From Planctomycetota bacterium (GTDB taxonomy: Bacteria; Planctomycetota; B15-G4), in the NCBI GenBank assembly GCA_965248575.1, contig CBDFJQ010000002.1, positions 4,224,001 through 4,288,000 of the forward strand: a stretch of DNA of 64,000 nucleotides, given 5' to 3'. Numbering within the stretch: position 1 is the stretch's first letter; every line of letters starts with the position of its first letter. The notes under the pieces were generated by a model. It was given only the letters and a program-made list of their open reading frames with translations. It ran no database searches and was not told the DNA's origin. Shown piece after piece: positions 58,762 to 64,000 of this stretch. The position numbers and the translations under genes are program-made.

Positions 58762-60318
58762 ATGACCACACGCTTCGTGTTGGCCGCCGCTGCGATTTGC
58801 ACGCTAGGCCTGCTGTCGGCCGAGTCTTCCGCGCAGTTGTTCAGTGTTTCCACGGCGACGGTGCCTGGGTCCGATCTGCAGCTCGGCGGGCCGATCTACG
58901 ACTACGACATGGGTGTGCACGAGGTCAGTAACGACCAGTTTGCCGCCTTCCTGAACGACGCTGAGTTCCACAACGAAGTGCAGAACCCGGGCTTTGGTGA
59001 TGAGCGCGGTGCGAACATCAAATTCCGCCCGGCACCCTTCAACTTCGGGGACATCGGCCTGGTGGATGGCTCAGAGGTGGACGGTGTGTTCGACATCTCC
59101 CGCAGCCTGCTCACCTACAGCTTCGCGTTGCCGGTGGGGACGCGCTACGGCATCGTGGCAGGCAAGGGGGATCACCCGGTCGTGGGTATGAGCTGGATCG
59201 GTGCGGCGAAGTTCTGCAACTGGCTCACCATCGACCAGGGCTTGGGATTGTCCGAGCGCTGCTATGCCGAAGGCGAGGGGGAGGGCAACTGGTTCCCCCT
59301 GACCATTGGCACCGAGATTGGCGGCACGCAGAAGGCCACCAACGCCGTGCGGGATCTCGACGCGGGCGAACGCTGGGAATTGGTGCGCGACTTCCGTGGT
59401 TGGCGCCTACCCATGGACGAGGGCGGCACCGCTGTCGGTGCGGTCAACGCGCTGCCGCGGGTGTTCAACGAGTGGTACAAAGCCGCCGCCTACGACCCGG
59501 CGGCGCCGGACGTAGAACGCACGGCGCTGCCCGGTGTCTTCGAACAACACACGGTGCTGCCTGACCACTGGATCCACGGCTTCGGCCGGGACCCCCTGAG
59601 CAACCCAGACGCCAACTTCCGTGCCAGTGGTGATCCCTTCGACGACCCGGACCCCAGCGTCATCGCCACTACGCCGGTGGGTTACTACGACGGGAGCGAC
59701 CACGGTGGCGCCTTCCAGACGACTGCGGACAGCAACCGCTATGGCCTGTTCGATGTGTCGGGCAACGTCTGGGAGTTTCTCACCGATCAGGTGGAGATCT
59801 CGGTGGGCACGGTGCCCGACCGATCCATCGCCGGCGGAAGCTACCGCTCCAATGTGAACCAGGTGGTGCCTGCGAACCGCGGGGACATCGAGTCCACGTC
59901 GACCCGGCCGGTGGTGGGCCTGCGGGTGATGCGCGTCCCGCTTGCACCGACCTTCGAGGACATTGGCGGCGGAACAGCAGGCGTGGCCGGGGTGCCGCAC
60001 CTGCGGGGCTTGGGGCCCTTGACGGCCGCCTCCACCGTCTCCCTGGAGTTGCGCCGCGCGCCGCCCAGCGTCCTGATGCTGGGTTGGGTCTCTTTCGCGC
60101 CGGTTCCCTTCATGGCCTTGGGTGGCACGGTGCACGCCTTCCCCTTCAGCAGCCAGATCCCGTTCTCCTCCAACGCCCAGGGGGCGCTGTCCTTGTCGAC
60201 GGCCTGGCCTGCGGGTGTTCCGCCGGGGACGAACCTCTGGATCCAGTTCCTGCTGCAGGACCTGTCGGTGATCCATGACATCACGCTCTCCAACGCCGTG
60301 AAGGGCACATCGCCGTGA
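58762..60318 (+). CDS. Secreted FGE-sulfatase (SUMF1/C-type-lectin fold) domain protein with shared C-terminal domain
   Basis: HEVSNDQFAAFLN, HPVVGMSWIGAAKFCNWL, RLP...EWYKAA, YGLFDVSGNVWE, GGSY, VGLRV. Confidence 0.88.
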   Translation: MTTRFVLAAAAICTLGLLSAESSAQLFSVSTATVPGSDLQLGGPIYDYDMGVHEVSNDQFAAFLNDAEFHNEVQNPGFGDERGANIKFRPAPFNFGDIGLVDGSEVDGVFDISRSLLTYSFALPVGTRYGIVAGKGDHPVVGMSWIGAAKFCNWLTIDQGLGLSERCYAEGEGEGNWFPLTIGTEIGGTQKATNAVRDLDAGERWELVRDFRGWRLPMDEGGTAVGAVNALPRVFNEWYKAAAYDPAAPDVERTALPGVFEQHTVLPDHWIHGFGRDPLSNPDANFRASGDPFDDPDPSVIATTPVGYYDGSDHGGAFQTTADSNRYGLFDVSGNVWEFLTDQVEISVGTVPDRSIAGGSYRSNVNQVVPANRGDIESTSTRPVVGLRVMRVPLAPTFEDIGGGTAGVAGVPHLRGLGPLTAASTVSLELRRAPPSVLMLGWVSFAPVPFMALGGTVHAFPFSSQIPFSSNAQGALSLSTAWPAGVPPGTNLWIQFLLQDLSVIHDITLSNAVKGTSP

Positions 60319-61742
60319 AGTTGACGACGCTGAGCTGGGCAAGGACGCTGACACGGGACAGCCGATCGACAAGGAAGAACCGGCGGCACGGCAGCTGGCA
60401 GGCGGTTCGTCGTGTGCTGTGCGTCCTGGCGCTGTGCGGGCAGGGCGTGCCTCCCGTTGCGGCCCAGCTTCCGCCCCTCGACATGACGCTCATCGACCTG
60501 CCCGGCAACCCGGCCGACACCACGGGCCTGGGCAGTGTGTCCCAGAGCTTCCGCCTGGGCAGCTTCGAGCTGACCAACGAGCAGTATGTGCTGATGCTCA
60601 ACGCAGTGGCGGCCGCCGACCCCAACGGGCTCTACAACACGCTCATGACGAGCAGTGACCGGGGCGGCATCTTGCGCTCCGGCACATCCGGCTCCTTCGT
60701 CTACTCCATCAAGACCGACTTCGAAGACAAGCCGGCGAACGCCACGAGCTGGTACGACGCGGCGCGTTTCTGCAACTGGTTGCACAACGGGATGCCGTCG
60801 GGAGCGCAGGGGCCGACCACAACCGAAGATGGGGCCTACGATCTTTCTTTGCCGGGCGCCGCCATCGAACGCCGCGCGGGTGCGCTGTGGTTCCTGCCCT
60901 CGCATGACGAGTGGTACAAAGCTGCCTACTACGACCCCGTCGACCCCGGGGCCGATGCGGGTGGGACGCCTGACTACTGGCTGTATCCCACCGGCTCGGA
61001 TGTGCAGCCGGCCACGGCGACAGCCACGGCGACTGGCGACGTGAGCAACCCTGGGCCGAACATCGCGAACCACTCCTTGGGCGCGGACTGGAATGGTGAG
61101 AACGGCAACGTCACCAGCGTGGGCAGCGCCACAGCCACGAGCCCCTTCGGTGTGTTCGACCTGGGCGGAAACATCAATGAGGTGACGGAGACCCTGGGCA
61201 CGCCCATCCCCCCGAACCCGCCCAGCCAGCCTGAGGCCTTGCCCACTCGTTCGATCCGCGGCGGCGACTTCGCCAGCTCGGGTTTGCTCATGGCCAGCCC
61301 CTTGGGCTTCGTGCCCGACCTGAACATGGCCGCCGAGGGCGCCAACATCGGTCTGCGCGTGGCGTCCCTCGAACCCTGGACCGATCTTGGCGAGGCCGTG
61401 CCGGGCGTTGCGGGTGCGCCTTCCCAGCAGGGGCTCGGCAGCCTGATTCCTGGTGCCTTGTTGCGGCTGACACTCACGGACGCGAAGCCTTCCAGCTTCG
61501 CGTTCCTGTTGGCGGGCTTCTCGCGCGTGGACGTGAGCTTCCTGGGCGGCACCCTCGTGCCCAATCCGCTCTTCATCTCCCAAGCCGCCAGCACCGGGGC
61601 CACGGGGGACATCTCTTTTGCGCTGCCGTGGCCCTCGGGTGTGGCGCCGGGCACGGAACTCTTCACGCAGTTCTGGGTCGTGGACCCTGCCGGGCCCGCT
61701 GGTTTCTCGGCCAGCAATGCCGTGAGCAAGGTGACGCCCTGA
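60315..61742 (+). CDS. Secreted FGE-sulfatase (SUMF1-fold) domain protein with shared C-terminal domain
   Basis: PGNPADTTGLGSV, FELTNEQY..MLNAVA, SWYDAARFCNWLHNG, LPSHDEWYKAAYY, FDLGGNINE, RGGDF, IGLRVAS. GTG start overlaps the upstream stop. Confidence 0.88.
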   Translation: MKLTTLSWARTLTRDSRSTRKNRRHGSWQAVRRVLCVLALCGQGVPPVAAQLPPLDMTLIDLPGNPADTTGLGSVSQSFRLGSFELTNEQYVLMLNAVAAADPNGLYNTLMTSSDRGGILRSGTSGSFVYSIKTDFEDKPANATSWYDAARFCNWLHNGMPSGAQGPTTTEDGAYDLSLPGAAIERRAGALWFLPSHDEWYKAAYYDPVDPGADAGGTPDYWLYPTGSDVQPATATATATGDVSNPGPNIANHSLGADWNGENGNVTSVGSATATSPFGVFDLGGNINEVTETLGTPIPPNPPSQPEALPTRSIRGGDFASSGLLMASPLGFVPDLNMAAEGANIGLRVASLEPWTDLGEAVPGVAGAPSQQGLGSLIPGALLRLTLTDAKPSSFAFLLAGFSRVDVSFLGGTLVPNPLFISQAASTGATGDISFALPWPSGVAPGTELFTQFWVVDPAGPAGFSASNAVSKVTP

Positions 61743-63331
61743 TGGGTGGGCTTCGGGTGTGTGTGTTCCTCGCGCTGCTCGCGACACACGGCGCGGCCCA
61801 GCTCGACGTCTCGCCCTCGCTGACCACGGTTGCCACGCCCTCTCATCCGCAACGCAAGGCGGCCCCGAACCTTCCGGGACCGCCTCCCGTTCCACCGCTC
61901 AGCTTCCAGATCACGCTCATTGCTCGCAGCGGTGATGAGCCGCCGGAGCGACCGGGGGAGAGCTTCACCTTCTTTAGCGACCCGACTGTGAACGCCACTG
62001 GGCGCGTGGCCTTCAAGGGCACCTTCGACGGCCCACTGTCGGGCAACGAGGGCATCTACGTCTTCGAGCCCTCGACCCAACAGTTCGTGCGGCTGGTGGA
62101 TGACAGCTTCAGCTTCAATCCGCCGGGGCAGAGCGGCGCAACCTCATGGACGTCCTTTGGCGCGCCGGTCATCAACGACGATGGCCGCGTGGCGTTCCAC
62201 GGCAACTTCTCGTTCGGGGACAACAGCCAGGGGCTCTACATCCACTCGAACAACTCCGTCGGCCTCGTGTTCGACGACAACCCCTTGCAGGCAGTGCCAG
62301 GGCAGCCCAGCGCCGTGGGTTTCACGACCTTCCCCATGGGGGCGGGTGTGTTGCCTGTGCTCTCGGCGAACCACGTCGGCGCCACGGAGGCCAGCTGGTT
62401 CGATGCGGGTTTCGTGCAGCGTAGCGGTTTGTACACCGGCACCGTGGCAGGGGGCATCGTTCGCGTCGCGGACGTGACCCAGGTGCCGCCCGGCCAAGGT
62501 GCGGCGGCGCGCTTCTCCTCCTTCGACCTGTTCATGACCATCAGCAATGGGGGCGATGTGGTGTTCCACGCGCCCTACACGGGTGGCCAGGGTGGGCACG
62601 GTATCTATCGCTACCGGCGTGAGACGAGCAGCTTGCTGCGCGTCGCCGACGCGTCCCAGCAACCCCCGGGCCAAGCTGGCTCGGCCTCCTTCACGGTGTT
62701 GGACAGCTTCCCGGCCGTGAACGCGAGCGGCACGGTCGCCTTCGGCGCGAGCTACAGCGGCGGGCTCGGGACCCGCGGCCTCTACCTGGGCAACGGTGTC
62801 GGCCCCCTCGTGCGCGTGGTCGATGACTCGGGCGTGTTCAGCGTCCCGGACAACCCCGGCAAGTTCTTCAATGGCTTCGGATTCCCCGTGTTGGGCGCCT
62901 CGGGCCAGGTGCTGTTCAGCGCGCAGTTCGGTGCTGCCAGCGACGGCGGCCTCTTCCACTGGATGGATGGCACGCTCTCAAAGGTCTTCGACTTCGGCGA
63001 CGAGGTTCCCGATCAGCCGGGGGCGAGCTTCTTCGCCCTGGGTAGCGTGGCGCTCAACCTCTCCGGTCAGGCGGTCTTCGCGGCCCGCTACTCGGGAGGC
63101 ATCGGCGACGAGGGCATCTACTTCTGGGACGGCAGCACTCTGCACAAGGTGCTGGACGAATCCGACATGCCGGGGGGAGTCACCCTCACCAACCTGCACA
63201 TGATGCTGGGCGTCGGAGGCTCCGGCGGGCGGGACGGCAAACCCAACACCTTGAGTGACGCCGGGCACGTGGCCTTCCGGGCGAGCCTCGGCGGCGGGCA
63301 TGAGGCGGTGTTCCTGGCGTCACCTCGCTGA
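61742..63331 (+). CDS. Secreted NxxGxxAF tandem-repeat (beta-propeller) protein
   Basis: TGATG coupling; signal peptide; repeats NATGRVAF, NDDGRVAF, SNGGDVVF, NASGTVAF, NLSGQAVF, SDAGHVAF. Confidence 0.85.
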   Translation: MGGLRVCVFLALLATHGAAQLDVSPSLTTVATPSHPQRKAAPNLPGPPPVPPLSFQITLIARSGDEPPERPGESFTFFSDPTVNATGRVAFKGTFDGPLSGNEGIYVFEPSTQQFVRLVDDSFSFNPPGQSGATSWTSFGAPVINDDGRVAFHGNFSFGDNSQGLYIHSNNSVGLVFDDNPLQAVPGQPSAVGFTTFPMGAGVLPVLSANHVGATEASWFDAGFVQRSGLYTGTVAGGIVRVADVTQVPPGQGAAARFSSFDLFMTISNGGDVVFHAPYTGGQGGHGIYRYRRETSSLLRVADASQQPPGQAGSASFTVLDSFPAVNASGTVAFGASYSGGLGTRGLYLGNGVGPLVRVVDDSGVFSVPDNPGKFFNGFGFPVLGASGQVLFSAQFGAASDGGLFHWMDGTLSKVFDFGDEVPDQPGASFFALGSVALNLSGQAVFAARYSGGIGDEGIYFWDGSTLHKVLDESDMPGGVTLTNLHMMLGVGGSGGRDGKPNTLSDAGHVAFRASLGGGHEAVFLASPR

Positions 63332-63355
63332 GTCGTTGCGACGGCGGCTCAACCG

Positions 63356-64000
63356 CTAGTCGAGCACGATGATGGATCCCGTGGTGGAGATGCGGGCCAG
63401 CGCCGGGTCGAACTCGAAGTCGGTGGCACCGGCATTCAGCCCCACCGAGCCGTAGTCCAGGGCCACTGGCAAGCCGATGCTGCAGACCGGGGACAGTCCC
63501 GCCAGGGAGAATTGGGTGGTGGCTGCCCAATGCCCGGCGATGCCGTAGCTGCCAACGGGGAAGCCCGTGGGGTCCAGATCGGGCTTGGCAATGGACGTGT
63601 CGTGGATGAAGGTGCTTAGGAACCCTAGCGTGATGGGTTGAGGCCAGGTCGCGACGGGTTGGATGCAGAGTGGGAAGCGCTGGATCGGTGGGCCGACGAT
63701 CGCGCTCGTGAGGGTCGCGGGGTCGATGCCCAGCACACCGGCCCAGTCCACCTCCACGGCCACCGTGCGCAGACTACCGGCGCTGCCCCCCAGAACCTCG
63801 TTGTCCCACTCCTGGAAGCCGAAGGTCGGCGTGAAGGCACCGGGGCTTTGGTTGGGCGTGCCGAGGAACCCCAGGCTGCCGCCCAAGCCCGAGATGGACA
63901 CGCCGCCGTGCCGGCCGAGGTTACCGCCACCATTGGGGTTGCTCGGACCGATGGGACCGTACGACGACGTCGAGTAGTACGGGCCGGAGCCGTTGATGCC
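63356..64000 (-). CDS. Hypothetical Gly/Pro-rich protein, C-terminal part; start lies beyond the right edge
   Basis: Frame is open from the window edge (GINGSGPYYSTSSYG...) to the stop at 63356. Confidence 0.7.
   Translation of the reverse strand, partial: GINGSGPYYSTSSYGPIGPSNPNGGGNLGRHGGVSISGLGGSLGFLGTPNQSPGAFTPTFGFQEWDNEVLGGSAGSLRTVAVEVDWAGVLGIDPATLTSAIVGPPIQRFPLCIQPVATWPQPITLGFLSTFIHDTSIAKPDLDPTGFPVGSYGIAGHWAATTQFSLAGLSPVCSIGLPVALDYGSVGLNAGATDFEFDPALARISTTGSIIVLD

Noticed and set aside
58762..61742. FGE/C-type-lectin-fold genes as diversity-generating retroelement targets
   Set aside because: No reverse transcriptase and no template repeat differing only at adenines were found. The repeats between these genes lie in the shared C-terminal domain and differ largely at synonymous positions.

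Overview
High-GC bacterial chromosomal window. The gene content (many secreted FG-GAP, FGE/SUMF1-fold and NxxGxxAF-repeat proteins, a DUF3857 pair, BlaI/M56 pairs and an AddAB-like pair) suggests Planctomycetota; this is an inference. About 40 CDS are supported. Housekeeping genes include ugd, glgC, ppk1, sixA, acs, pgl, htpG, an HtrA protease and addAB-like genes, and there is one tRNA-Val(TAC). I saw no transposase, integrase, reverse transcriptase, CRISPR array or rRNA. Most notable observations: (1) a ~270-nt densely base-paired, pseudoknot-capable intergenic element at 32757-33024 between convergent genes, a candidate unannotated ncRNA; (2) an exactly 122-aa C-terminal domain shared gaplessly by four consecutive, otherwise different secreted proteins at 56.2-61.7 kb, a candidate sorting or surface-anchoring signal; (3) a group II decarboxylase with the CSAD-type F-x19-S-x-Y selectivity motif; (4) two convergent BlaI/M56 modules with visible operators, one sensor having an extremely acidic 11-residue-periodic tail and a Cys-rich end; (5) an active/inactive transglutaminase-like DUF3857 pair. 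Many start codons were re-chosen by eye and all family assignments are motif-based, without database searches.
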